Assembly (NCBI GenBank): GCA_964270895.1
Contig: OZ185435.1
Length of the DNA: 64,000 nucleotides
Source: Podarcis filfolensis
Taxonomy: Eukaryota
Strand: one strand, 5' to 3'
How positions within the stretch are numbered: the stretch's first letter is position 1; each line of letters begins with the position of its first letter. A program made the translations under genes and the position numbers. The notes beneath the pieces were generated by a model. It made no database searches, was not told the origin of the DNA, and saw only the letters and a program-made list of their open reading frames with translations. Below, piece by piece: positions 1-12,369 of the stretch.

Positions 1-300
1 GAAGGTCGGCGGTTCGAATCCCCGCAACGGGGTGAGCTCCAGTTGCTCGGTCCCTGCTCCTGCCAACCTAGCAGTTCTAAAGCACATCAAAGTGCAAGTA
101 GATAAATAGGTACCGCTCCGGCGGGAAGGTAAACGGCATTTCCGTGCCATGCTCTGGTCCGCCAGAAGTGGCTTAGTCATGCTGGCCACATGACCCGGAA
201 GCTGTACGCCGGCTCCCTCGGCCAATAAAGCGAGATGAGCGCCGCAACCCCAGAGTCGGTCATGACTGGACCTAATGGTCAGGGGTCCCTTTAGCTTTAC
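1..300 (+). mobile_element. Sauria SINE (5' end outside the window)
   Basis: B-box ggttcgaatc, diagnostic ctgccaacctagcagtt...gtgcaagtagataaataggtaccgc, and tail ctttagctttac. Confidence 0.9.
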
Positions 301-2439
301 TATTCTAGAATACAACTTTTAATGCAGCAGCAGGGAATCTCTGGCCCTACAAATGTTGTTGGACTCCCAATTCCCATTCCCTTTAGTCACATCGTCAAAG
401 GCCAAGGATGATGGGATTTGGACTCCAGCACCATAAAGGAGGACTACAGATTCCTCACTTCTGGTTTAGCAAGCCTGTGTCCACAAAGTAAAATGCAATC
501 ACACACACATCCCTTCATCCAGACAAGCAACAGACATTATCTCAGTTCAAGCACTAGAGGTGGGTGAAGATGTGGCCTGAGGAGGGTCCCAAGGGTTGTA
601 AAGAGTAGCCTGGCTGCATTCTTCTGCTGGCCCTGAGGTTCTCCACTCCTACTCTATGGGATCCTTGGAAGAAAAGGGGACTGCTAATGTGCTCTTCTGG
701 AAAGCAAGTTAAAATCATGCAAGTAAAGTAAACCACCTTGAGCACAAATGTATCTGTGGGAAAAGCATACATACATTCATAAACTGATTATGACCATGCC
801 TTCTATCATTCATACGTATAGTACATTTTTATGTATATTAAAAGAGCCTAGCAACTCAGGTGTGTTCAGATTAGCTAACAAGGATGAGGACACTTGCCAG
901 CCTCAAATGCTCTTCCTTATTGCCTTAGGGTTATTAAAATTGAGTAAAATAAATTGAAGGGGATATTTCCATGGTCTTTGATTTTTCAGTCATAAGTAAA
1001 GTATAGGCAATTAATTCTATAGAATAGTGATAAAATATATAGTGTAATTAAAAAATACCATCATTTGTTATGCACATTAATCAGGTGACATTTGGGCTAG
1101 AAAAACTCTGAAGGCTAGATTTTATGTATAGGGTATAAAATGCCTTTCTTCAGAGGCTGCTTTGATATTTAAGCCCTATTTGTACATTTTAATACACTTT
1201 GGCTTTGGGACACAGATTCACTCTTTTAATTAAACAGACTACTATAATTCCTATGGAAATTAGCCTTTTAAAAATAATTCAGCCACCAAAGCATTACTCT
1301 CAGACTTTCTGGATACAAAGTACACTATTTGGATTTTATATCTGCCTGAGATGTAATTAAAAACTCATTTGATTACTATATATTTTGGCTCTCTTTTACT
1401 TATTAAATCCTTGTAATCAATTTTCTTTTATGAAGCTTCTGGGAAATTATCTCAAAAGCAACACATTTCTCTTCCCTCCCTACAGATTCCTTGAACATTT
1501 ACTAAATAACTTTCTTAGCACCTGTCCGTATCTGAATCAATCCGCCAATTTATTCCTGAGCTGCTCAGATCTTTTGGCTTCAGTACAACTGAGACTCTGT
1601 ACCTTCAGCTCTTTGTTCTATGTATCGTGTGCCATTTTGTTGAATGCCAGTTGCTTAGTGCTGGCTTTGTGCAGACTGTTTCTCTCTTAATTCATTCCCT
1701 TAAGGATTCTGATAGTTCAAAGTTGTTACCCAACTCCTACTCTAACAAAAATGTGACAAGTTTGAGTTTGGCTTGGTCTCCAAAATCTAACCGTTGCTGG
1801 ATGATACTGGAGAAGTAAAGTCATACTGAGGATCTTTTACGCAGACAGTGAACAACTACCATTGGAAAATAAATATTTTTCCTGACTGCAGCCGGTAATC
1901 AACACATGTAAATATCAGGGCAAGTCATTACAGGTAATGCAGTTTTTGTACAAAAGGGTGTATGGAAGAGAAAACTGGGGAATTTCATTGTAATATTCAT
2001 ACTTTATATTTGGTTGGTAGTTCATTAAAAAAATTCACAGGTGAAACTTCCTTTGATATTATGAATGGTTATAGCTCTTCAATAAAATGGAACCATTGTG
2101 GGCTGAATGCATTTAAAAGCCGTCTGGATGTCTATTGGGTATGGACTCGTGGACAAATGTGAAGCATGAACTGGGGACATGATACAGTCATGCAGTCTTT
2201 AGGGTCGTGAATCAGAAACGTATTTGGGAAGCTACTTTTGGAAGGAGGATCCTGAGGAAGCTAATACAGCCCAAGGTTCATGAGAACCTCATTCCTGGGC
2301 CATCTCAGGAAGCATAAGGCGACAAAAATGGTATGGTGAATCAGGCCAAAGCTGCACCTGGTCCACCATTCTGATCCTAAGGTATATGCTTCTGGAGAGC
2401 CCACAAGCAGGGCAAGGAGTCAACAGTGCTCCCAGGAAC

Positions 2440-2605
2440 CTGTGTCAGCTCACAGGTTCATCTAGCTTAGTACTGTCTTCATACAGTGACAGGGAGTGGC
2501 TTACCAGAGTTTCAGACAGCAGCTTTCCCAGCCCTACCTGTAGAATCCGGGGATTTAAATGGGAACCTTTTACATACAAATCATGTGCTCTACCACTGAG
2601 CTATT
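2440..2605 (-). mobile_element. Old tRNA-derived SINE
   Basis: Minus strand atagctcagtggtagagcacatg...aaaggttccc...gggctgggaaag...ctgtctgaaactctgg. Confidence 0.7.
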
Positions 2606-2654
2606 AAGTACTTCCTCATTGTTGTTCCCTGGCAACAGGGATTCAGAAGCAGAA

Positions 2655-2735
2655 CTATCTTGGCTGCTGATAGACATATCCTTCATGCATTTGTCTAATT
2701 CCCTTTTAATGCCATCCCATTGGTGGCCATTACTA
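2655..2735 (-). mobile_element. CR1 extreme 3' fragment
   Basis: Minus translation NGHQWDGIKRELDKCMKDMSI resembles the CR1 terminus DGFKRGLDKFMEDRSI. Confidence 0.55.
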
Positions 2736-2940
2736 CACATTGTCAAGCCAATTCCACAAATCAGGCGCATAAAGTAGTACTTTATTTTGATTGGAGCCTA
2801 CTGCCAGTCAATTTCTGCCTTATGTATAAATTAATACCTCTGGTTCTCAAAACCATACACGTTCTTATATTTGCAGTGTTCATTTCCAAAGTATTTTACA
2901 AAGCCCCGTGCTTGCCCTTGCAATTCTGTGAAGTGGGTCA

Positions 2941-3013
2941 CAATAAAATAAAATAATAAAATAATAAAATAATATAAAATATAAAATATAAAATATAAAA
3001 TATAAAATATATT
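2941..3013. repeat. AT-rich simple repeat grading AATAA > AATAATAA > AATATAA
   Basis: Direct reading. Confidence 0.9.
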
Positions 3014-3399
3014 CCAGGGCAGTATTACTTTTAATACGCAGATGGGGGCTGTGACTGAGAGACAGTGATTTTCTCTAGGTTGTCATCCCTGACAAAGATG
3101 GGACTTGAACATAATTCTCGTGGGTCCAAGCTGTTAACTTGGTCAGGGAATTATTTGGGCTTTCACATTTCTCCTTCCCTGAGGGGAGGCAGTGGCCACT
3201 GGGAGATCTGTCATTTGTATCAAAAGCAACATTTAGAATCATAGGTCAAATACACACCATGGATGGAATTCAGCATTGCGCTAGTACGAACATTGTGTCT
3301 GTGTAAGCATTGCAGCTTGCCAGATAGAACAATTCCCCTTTCCTCTCTCACCCGTGTGCTGTTCTGGGGGGTTCTTCTTTAAAGCCATTTACTTGCACT

Positions 3400-3640
3400 C
3401 CTGCCAACCTAGCAGTTCGAAAGCACTTCAAAGTGCAAGTAGATAAATAGGTATCGCTCCGGCGGGAAGGTAAACGGCGTTTCCGTGCGCTGCTCTGGTT
3501 TGCCAGAAGCGGCTTAGTCATGCTGGCCACAGGACCCGGAAGCTGTATGCCGGCTCCCTCGGCCAATAAAGCGAGATGAGCGCTGCAACCCCAGAGTCGG
3601 TCACGACTGGACCTAATGGTTAGGGGTCCCTTTACCTTTA
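3400..3640 (+). mobile_element. Sauria SINE, 5'-truncated
   Basis: Same body as 1-300. Tail tttacctttt. Probable TSD tttacttg(c/t)actcc on both sides. Confidence 0.9.
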
Positions 3641-3679
3641 CTTGTACTCCCTGCCCACTTCAGAAAACTCAGAGCTAGA

Positions 3680-4300
3680 GCATCCCTAATAGATGTCTGA
3701 CCAGCCTCTGCTTGAAAATGTCCAATGAGAGACAGGCCAATACCACCTAAACAACTGGTTCCATTTCTGAACTGCTCTTACTGTGAAACAGTTTTTCCTG
3801 GTGCTCAACCAAAATATTCCCTCCTGCAACTTAAGCCCATCTAGTCCTACCTTCTTCTGAGGCAGCAGAGGGGAAATCTGTGTGCATTGTACTTTTAAAG
3901 CACAGCACATGACTCCCCCTCAAATAATCCTGGGAATTGTAGCTTACACCTCACAAGAGTTCCTATTCCCAACATCTTTTAACAAAATAGAACCCTTAAG
4001 ATTCTTTGAGGGGAAATCATATGCTGTAAATGAGCTTGTTTCCCCCCGTTCTAAGTAGCAAGCCCTTCGGATATTTGAATGTTATCACGTTCCTTCTCAG
4101 TCTTCTCTAGGATAAGTACACCCTTCAATCTGTCATCATAGAACTTGTTTACAAAACTTCTGACCATCTTCATTGGCCTCCTCTAGATCCCATTCCAATT
4201 TGTCTGTATAAATGTATAGCACTCAGAACTGGACACAGTATTCCAGATGAGATCTTACTAATGCAGAATGAAGTATTACACCCTGCAATTTAAGAGCTAT
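3680..4300 (-). mobile_element. Old CR1 3' fragment interrupted by a small MITE
   Basis: Minus translation GLKLQEGIFWLSTRKNCFTVRAVQKWNQL. Decayed EYCVQF-type sequence at about 4200-4260. Confidence 0.75.
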
Positions 4301-4454
4301 TTTACCCAACAATGTTAGACACCTGTAACTTAAGAGCTTTATAAATCAAGCATCTCTCCTTGCCCCCTAAAACCAGTTCCAAACTGGTTCAGAGAACAGT
4401 GTGTCACCCAGTGAATTACAAGCAGAACTTTCTGCTGTAATGTAGATTTTTCTT

Positions 4455-4520
4455 CAGGGCTCCCATCCAAATATTGACCAGTTCTGACTCGCCTGTTTAA
4501 TTCATGAGCTTTGACAAGAT
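4455..4520 (-). mobile_element. 5S rRNA-derived SINE relic
   Basis: Minus strand aaacaggcgagtcagaactggtcaatatttggatgggagccc aligns by eye to 5S aagcagggtcgggcctggttagtacttggatgggagacc. Confidence 0.4.
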
Positions 4521-4914
4521 AACAGCACACAGTCGTCTTTCTGCAGATCTAACACTTGTAAAGTGTGTATGTGCAATAAGAACATATAAATTCACTTTTA
4601 TTACTGAGCAGAATATCAGAAAGCTACAAGCCACCACAGTCACACTGCTCAGTAACCCACTGGGTTCTAATTAATCATTTTTACTGAGGCAATTGAAAGA
4701 GATCCTGGTGACTAGAGGAACTCGAAGGGGACAAAAGGTGTGAGCATGTGAAACTCCTGCAGAGGTTAATAGAGTCAAAACTGGACTGCAGCATGTGTTT
4801 TGCTGACTAGGTTATTCTACAGAATATATGGGGAATCATTTCACCTCCTAAGGACCCTGGAACTTTCTCAGTTCAGATAAATTATGATCTTTTTTTAAGG
4901 GCCACTATAAGGAT

Positions 4915-5265
4915 GGATGCGGGTGGCGCTGTGGGTAAAACCTCAGGACTTGCCGATCGCATGGTCAGTGGTTCGAATCCCCGTGGCGGGGTGCGCTCCC
5001 GTCGTTCGGTCCCAGCGCCTGCCAACCTAGCAGTTCGAAAGCACCCCCAGGTGCAAGTAGATAAATAGGGACCGCTTACCAGCGGGAAGGTAAACGGCGT
5101 TTCCGTGTGCTGCGCTGGCTCACCAGATGCAGCTTGTCACGCTGGCCACGTGACCCGGAAGTGTCTTCGGACGGCGCCGGCTCCCGGCCTCTAGAGTGAG
5201 ATGAGCGCACAACCCTAGAGTCTGTCAAGACTGGCCCGTACGGGCAGGAGTACCTTTACCTTTAC
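4915..5265 (+). mobile_element. Full-length Sauria SINE of a divergent subfamily
   Basis: tRNA-like head ggatgcgggtggcgctgtgg...ggttcgaatc, (ACCTTT)n tail, TSD TAAGGAT at 4908-4914 and 5266-5272. Confidence 0.9.
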
Positions 5266-5344
5266 TAAGGATGGAAGTAAGTTACAAGAAACCTGGGGCT
5301 GCCACCCAAAAACGTAAGTTCTGTGTCCCCTCTTGCTCTGTAGC

Positions 5345-5381
<37 letters not shown>

Positions 5382-5583
5382 GTATGTATGTATGTAGTAC
5401 AAAAGAAGGTTGGAGACTCCTCAAAACCAAAAATGAGCAAGTGCTCCTCTATCACTATGAAAAAGAGAAAAAAGCAACCTGGTTACCTATAATGGTTATG
5501 GGAATGAGATCCAAAAATGTGCCAGAATTAAAGCAAGCAAATTTCCTCTTGCTAAAAGTTAAATCACTGAGGAGCACAGAGAT

Positions 5584-5834
5584 GGGAGCCAGCGTGGTGT
5601 AGTGGTTAAGAGCGGTAGTCTCGTAATCTGGGGAACCGGGTTCGCGTCTCCGCTCCTCCACATGCAGCTGCTGGGTGACCTTGGGCCAGTCACACTTCTT
5701 TGAAGTCTCTCAGCCCCACTCACCCCACAGAGTGTTTGTTGTGGGGGAGGAAGGGAAAGGAGATTGTTAGCCGCTTTGGGACTCCTGAAGGGGAGTGAAA
5801 GGCGGGATATCAAATCCAAACTCCTCTTCTTCTT
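5584..5834 (+). mobile_element. tRNA-head squamate SINE (Squam-type) with (CTT)n tail
   Basis: A-box tggtgtagtgg, B-box-like gggttcgcgtc, CORE-like gctgggtgaccttgggccagtcac, tail ctcttcttctt. Confidence 0.8.
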
Positions 5835-5859
5835 GTACTGAAATATGTACCCAGGTCAT

Positions 5860-6600
5860 GAGGTGCCATGTTTGTGAGTCAAATATTTTGTTGCTCCATA
5901 ATAACTTCACTAAAATTGAGAACCTGGTCTATAATCTCTTCTGCAAAGAGTGGCTGCTTCAGATTAATGAATAGGCAGCAATCCTTAAGCCATTCTTACG
6001 GAAGTAGCCCTAGCAAAGATAGCCTGAGAATTGTAACCATAGGCTTCCGTTTGCTCCGGCAATTTGCCATATCCAAAGAGAGTTGGGCAAAACACGAGAT
6101 GACTAACCATTTACTTTTGGCATTTCTTCCACACAGCAATCAATACTTGCTGCCTTGCTGTTAAACAGATTTTGAAAATCTCTTCAGTCCCTATCAGTCT
6201 CTTTTCCTTAGTTAGTTCTTTAGATTTACCCTCAGCTGGGAATTTGCCAGCCAGATGTAAGCTGTGATTCCGGTTTGTTCAACACTTACTGCAAGCATTC
6301 AATCCATCATCATTTCTAGCCCTTTTCTGAGGCAATAGAGTTTGCTCTTTGTCTTTCTTGAAAACTGAGTAGCTGTTAAATTATCCATTAATCTTCTTTC
6401 AGATTTGCTGCAAGTTTTGTTTTGTTTTAAAATGGAGGGTTTACTTCATTGGCCATCTTTTCAAACACATTTTCCAGCTGCTCAGTCTGCCTCCTCAGGT
6501 TCTAAATAGGCACCTTTCCCTCTCAGTTCATTTCTACATATCGCTCAGCTAATTGTCACCTCTTACTCCCCTTTTCACTAAATGAAAACATCCAAATTGC
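5860..6600 (-). mobile_element. Possible highly decayed L1 ORF1 remnant
   Basis: Broken minus frames give NLRRQTEQLENVFEK (coiled-coil-like), RLMDNL..RK..LRKGLE and LSLDMANCRSKRKPMVTILR, loosely like L1 ORF1 motifs. Many stops and frameshifts. Confidence 0.3.
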
Positions 6601-6635
6601 TACACCCTTTTGTCAACTTATTATTCCAACCTGTA

Positions 6636-6886
6636 CAGTCGTACCTTGGATCTCAAACGCCTTGGCTCCCGAACAAATCGGCTCCTGAACCATCAAAACC
6701 CGGACGTGAGTGTTCCAGTTTGCGAACGTTCTTTGGAACCCGAACGTCCAACATGGGCTTCTGCGGCTTCCAATTGGCTGCAGGAGCTTCCTGCAGCCAA
6801 TCAGAAGCCACGCTTTGGTTTCCAAACGTTTTGGAAGTTGAACGGACTTCTGGAACGGATTCTGTTCGACTTCCAAGGTACGACTG
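6636..6886. mobile_element. Tc1/mariner (Tigger/pogo-like) MITE
   Basis: TA|CAGTCGTACCTTGGA ... TCCAAGGTACGACTG|TA. Confidence 0.9.
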
Positions 6887-9174
6887 TATTATGCTTCGGA
6901 GCTGAAGTCATTATCCAGCAGTTCCGTCCTGTGCCCCATGCACAATCCATGCAACAATTCCACTCTGCTGAAACAGAAAAGAACATCGACCTTAACGTAA
7001 CAAAACAAATCCATCATGGGGGTCGGGTGGGGTGGGAAACTTTCAAATCCACTGTTCAATTACATACGTCACTGGCAACAAGAGAAACATAACAAACTTT
7101 CTCTTATAACCCTGTTACCCTCTCGGGACATATATGAGGTAGTTCAAACTGTTTGCTTCGATTGGTATTAAAGAAATCTCGAAGTAATCAAGGTTGCCCC
7201 AGATCTGGTCAGGCATGGTTGCCTCTTTTTGGAGCTCCAACCCCTATCTTGGTTGGCGTCACTTCCAGGAGATAGAGAAATATTGACGCCACTGTTCACA
7301 CGTAGTTCCTGGAGATGCATGCATTTTCCAGGCCAGTGGGAACTGCTTATGAAGGTATGTGAAAAGTGGATTATCAAGAGTTCCATTTGTAGTGCTTAAG
7401 CTTTGTATCTTACGACACAGGCATCTTTCACATCCTGTTTGCTAAGGAATGCTGCTCCTCCAGCTTCTTCAGATACTGAACAACTGGCACAAGTGATTGT
7501 GGAGGGCACAGAAGTGCAATCAGCATCCAAAGCAAAATGCATTTGCTGCACTATGTTGCCTACTGCCCGTTTGGTTCACAGCAGTACATTTACCACCCCA
7601 AGCATTTTGCTTTTCATTGAGCATATTGTGAATAAATTAAAGGACTTGTTACAACTGCAGCGTTTCGTTGGCATCACCCAACAGAGTCGTTTAATTACAG
7701 GGTCACACATAATCTATTGCTTAATGATGACAAGCTAGAGAGGACATCAAAACGGTTTTGCTAGCAGCTGAGGCCATTATGCATGCCCTTTTGTTTGTGT
7801 TCCAAGTGTATCGTATTTGATAAAGAATGTTTCCGAGGACTTTCATTTTCCTTCTGTGTTATGATGTACGAAGCACTGAGAAGACATATAGTGACAAATG
7901 CAACCTGACCCTGGAGGGTTGAGATGAAGCAATGTCAATTCCTTTACCCTTTGTACTGCATTCACAGGGATTTAAGAAGGCTCTTTCAAATCCTTGAAAG
8001 GAGCATCCCATCTGGAATTCCAAAAAGAGAACAGAGCACTTACAGAAGCAAAGATGCTCTAGATGTCTCCCACAAAAACACATCCTGCTCGCATTCTTAC
8101 TCAGACAGGGGCAGAGTGCTTGGCCTCTGACCTCTGTATCCTTCCATCTCATGGGGTTGCCGTCTCTGCTTAACAACGCAGAATGGTAATAGGTTGGGAT
8201 TCTTTTTGGCCTCTTTTGTTATCTTCTATTTCTAATAAGAAGACTCCTGTCCCTTGTGTGTGAAGCACTTCGTTATAACTGAATTTTAGAGAAAATCAAA
8301 ACAGCTATAAAGATGCCCCTTTGACTATGTGCAAACAAACAGACTGCTTTGATTTGTGTCGTTTTGGGCCAAACAGGTGCAGTGATGGGGCGACACACTT
8401 GATTTGCTGCAGAGAAGCAGTGGGTTTGGACAAGATGCTTAAATCCTCCTCTTTCTGCTTGCTCCTTTCCCCCTGCAAACCTACCACCACCACTGCAATT
8501 CTTGCCACATTTTGGGTTCAATGTAAGCTTACCTCATCACAGGGACAACTGACTGGGCACAAAGTTGTAGAGGAAAGAAACAGAGAGGAAGGAAGGTTAA
8601 GCTAAGCACCTCTTCCACCCACTTGGCCTCTGCATGCTGTGGCCTTCCCTGTCGCTTTGCAGCTGTTTGGCAATAACCCAGGTTCTTAGACTTGGATTGA
8701 GTGACTGATTTGGCTCTTTCCTTACTGCACTGATCTGGCATCGTCTACCTTCTATCTAGCCAACTTTATGTTCAAGGCAGATCATAAAGACACACAAATA
8801 TCCACATTTTAGACACTCATCGCTTTAAGCATAAAAACAATGCACACATTTCCTCCAAAGTCTTACAAAGCAGGAGCTGATCCTATACAACAGAAAAAAG
8901 CAAAGATTTTTTAGCAAATGAAGGTAACGGCAAGAAAAAACAAGCTGAGAATAAACTAGTTAAGTATAGGGACTATAGTTCCCACATATATTCCATCTGT
9001 GACATTTTGAACTGTAACATAGTGGAGCACATTGAAATTAATGCTTCTCTTCCAGTTGCATGCATTTTCCAGTTCTGTAAGAAAATCCTTGTTACCAAAT
9101 GATAAATTTGAAACCATATTTGTTTGGTAAGTGACGTGCACAAATAGAAGGACTGCTAACTGATGTTATTTCAC

Positions 9175-9420
9175 AAACTGCGAAGAGTTTTGTGGTACCT
9201 TAAAGACTTAACACATTTATTATGGCATAACATTTTATGGACTTGAGTTCAATTCATCAGATGCATGTAGATGGCAGGTATATATCTACATAGGCAGAGG
9301 GGAAAAATGAAAGCAGTGCAAAGGGAAAATAAAATGCAAAAAACCCGAGTGACAACATATGTAAAATAATTACTGCAACAAACTAGCATAGCTAACCCTT
9401 CAAGAAATTATTTCAGTTTT
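9175..9420 (-). mobile_element. Penelope-like element 3' end with decayed hammerhead
   Basis: Plus strand gtggtaccttaaagacttaacacatttattatggcataacattttatggacttgagttcaattcatcagatgc resembles the recalled reptile Penelope terminus. The minus strand has GCAU-CUGAUGA...AAAA...UUAUGC, with GAAA mutated to AAAA. Confidence 0.6.
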
Positions 9421-9453
9421 AGCAGTCTTTGTTTTGTGTAACACAATCTTAAG

Positions 9454-9918
9454 CAGGGGTCAGCAGCCTTTTTTTGGAGGGGGCTGGTTCACACCCCCCC
9501 CAGACCTAGTGGAGGGCCAGACTGCGCACGCGGCAGAGGGGGATTCTCTCTTTCCCCCAGCCCCTCCCCTCCCCCTGCTTACCTCCCTCCACCGCTCTGC
9601 CTGTGGTGGTACCTCTCCTTTTTGGGACAGCTTTCCCGGGTGGGAGGCGCACGGCCAGCAGCTGTGCCAAGCTCCAGCCCACAGCGCGGCCATGAGAAGA
9701 GGCCGGTGAGGACTCCTATCAAAGCCCAATCCCCTTCCTCCGCAGGGCAGGGAGAAGCCAGGAAGAGGGAGGGAGGAGGAAAAAATCGCAAAAAAATGGC
9801 ACCCGAAAAGAAATTGGAAAAAAATGGTGATCGCACCGATTGCAGAACCGTTTGCGGGCCGGATCCAGAGGGCAATTGGGCCTGATCCGGCCTGCAGGCC
9901 TTAGTTTGCCGACCCCTG
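9454..9918. mobile_element. hAT-type MITE
   Basis: TIRs CAGGGGTCAGC / GCCGACCCCTG. Perfect 8-bp TSD ATCTTAAG (9446-9453, 9919-9926). Confidence 0.9.
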
Positions 9919-10909
9919 ATCTTAAGCATAGTTACTAGTCAGAAGTAAGTTCAACTTAATTCAATGGATTTGTTTCCGAGCAAGTGTGCCTAAATCTACT
10001 GCTTTGTCCTAGTCATTTGTTTTTAAAGGACAACACATTCTGAAAGCAGTATGTAGCAGAAATATACCCCAGATTTGTATTTCCGCAAGAAAAAGGGTAC
10101 GAGAAAAGAGAGGCTGGCCATGAACAATGCAGGATTAGGAACAACAACTAATCAAGTAATGTATAAAATAATAAAGTAATGTGTGTAGGTGATCAACTAC
10201 TTTTTAAAAAGAACCATACATCCCTATACCATTGTGCTACTTTACAACACGTAGCTGGAATCATCACATTGTGCATCATCAGTCAAGCAAAATATGCAGG
10301 GATGACATCAGGATTTGAGGTAAGTTTTACAACGGATTACAGAGAGGGAGAACACAACATACAGCTGTTCTCTTAATGGGATGTGCAGACAAACAGACTG
10401 GGATGATTTTGGGGGAGTACAGTGGGGGAAGCCCTGTTCTACTAGCAGCAGCCTTCGCACTGGCTCCCACTTGTGGAACTCCTTAGTTGTATGTGGCTCA
10501 TTGTACTTTGAATGCATGTTTGCTTGTTTTTAATAGTGACTGTGAGCAAGCTTGAGCAGCACCGGGACTGCAGGGGGGGCATGGTTTAACCTGGCCTTCC
10601 CCTATCTTGGGTCCCCATATGTTGTTGAACTACAACTCCCATCATCCCTGCCCATGCATGAGCAGGAATGATGGGAGCTGTAGTCCAACCCCAACCCTTC
10701 CCTTGCTATGGTCCTGATGTAAATCTCCCCTCAAGCTGCTACTTTGAACTAATGGCAGCACCAATGGGAGCTTCCTTTCTGATGCAAATAGAAGCTAGAG
10801 AAGTTGTTCACCAGGACCATGGCAGCAGGAAAATAATTAAACTCTCCCGGTCTACCTTCTGTAGTCCCTATGGTGCTCAGGTTTCCCCACAGCTGCTAGT
10901 AACATTTTT

Positions 10910-10911
<2 letters not shown>

Positions 10912-10950
<39 letters not shown>
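10912..10950. repeat. (AC)n microsatellite
   Basis: Direct reading. Confidence 0.95.
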
Positions 10951-10954
<4 letters not shown>

Positions 10955-11530
10955 CTATCATAATATTTTGTGTGTGGCCTTACTACATTTGTTGTAATAT
11001 GTGGTGTCACTAATATGTCAAAGATGAGGCATAATAGATAATAAGCACTCTAGAAAATGAGGAAGGAATGGCGCCAGAAAACAGAACAGCAGAGAAAGCT
11101 GTTCTCTGACAGTAAATGCCTTTATACTGTCAGCAGGCACGTACGTATCCAAGCATTTAGCTGCAAATGGCAGAGAGGGAGGAAAAGAAAGAAGGAGCCC
11201 AGATTTTGCACAAGCACAACATGCTATGCTACTGTATCTATTACATTCTGTGTTTAGACAAGTTATTGCCATTAAAAGAAGGATTTGTGTGGAGGAGGGA
11301 AGAATCCCAGAACTGGAGATGTCTAGATCATGATGTCCTAACTTAGGCTTCTTAACCATGCATAAATGGGATTTACAGTGCCTCTATGCATCATTGATGC
11401 AATGGCTGCCCTGGAAATTAAGACTCAGCTTTATATTCCAGGGAGCATCTCACTCAGTGTGAGACTGTGACATCTAGTTCTCTGTTTACCCCTAAGGCTG
11501 GTATGGCATTAACTTCAAGTTCTGACAATG

Positions 11531-11614
11531 GAAAGAAAGAAAGGGGGGGGAGAGAGAGAGAGAGAGAGAAGGAAGAGAGAAGAGGAGAGAGAGAAGGCAG
11601 GAAGGAAAGAAGGA

Positions 11615-11666
<52 letters not shown>

Positions 11667-11669
11667 AAA
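11531..11669. repeat. Polypurine tract (GA)n/(GAAA)n
   Basis: Direct reading. Confidence 0.95.
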
Positions 11670-12177
11670 GCTGAGCAACAGCTTAATAGTTGTGCAGCAT
11701 TAATCAAAGGCCATGGGGGAAGAGAGTTAGGAATTCAGTTGTGCCTCTGTTGCCCAGATAACTCCTGCAAGTTTGGAGCTAAGTGATGCTCTTAGTGTTC
11801 CTATTCAGCCCTCTCACACAACCCTCCTGAGATGCTTTTCTTGCCGTCCTGCTTACAAATTCTGGCTCTTCAGTTCTTCTGGTTTAATAGACAATGGTTT
11901 TCTTAAATGACCAGTTCCTAAATTCCCCCCCTCCTAACTTCTTCCTGAATTTATCTAAAATGTGACATCCATTTTAAACAATATGTTTATTACAACTTCA
12001 TTCAGTGCCTAATTGTATTTTGATCTGAAGCTACCAATTATAACTGTATTAAACTTATAAGGACGAGCCATACGTTATAAAGCCAAGTCAGCTGAACATC
12101 AAGTCAACAGGGTGCAGTGAGGGTCTGCATGGGGAACGTCTCAATAGTGAAGGAATTCCATAGGAACCACTGAAAAA

Positions 12178-12180
<3 letters not shown>

Positions 12181-12251
<71 letters not shown>

Positions 12252-12252
12252 T
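12181..12252. repeat. Compound (CT)n(GT)n microsatellite
   Basis: Direct reading. Confidence 0.95.
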
Positions 12253-12369
12253 CTGCCATCCACACCAAACATGTCCGAGAGTCACATTATGCATATAAAT
12301 GGGTGCCTGCAGTGGGGGCTTTGTGTTTCCTGCTTTAAACAGCAGCTCTTCTGTGATGCATTTGAGAAC

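Noticed and set aside
3387-3399. Apparent 5' inversion of the Sauria SINE (tttacttgcact)
   Set aside because: The same motif follows the SINE tail, so it is better explained as the target-site duplication.
6232-6313. C box and D box pair on the minus strand
   Set aside because: No terminal stem, and it lies inside a probable decayed repeat.
6582-7092. Overlapping ORFs of 107 and 160 aa
   Set aside because: They derive from a non-coding Tigger-like MITE. Similar pseudo-peptides recur at the other MITE copies.
7130-7200. Minus-frame NTNRSKQFEL resembling the PDE11A terminal exon ATNRSKWEEL
   Set aside because: In-frame stops lie within 17 codons upstream, there is no acceptor and the similarity is only 5 residues.
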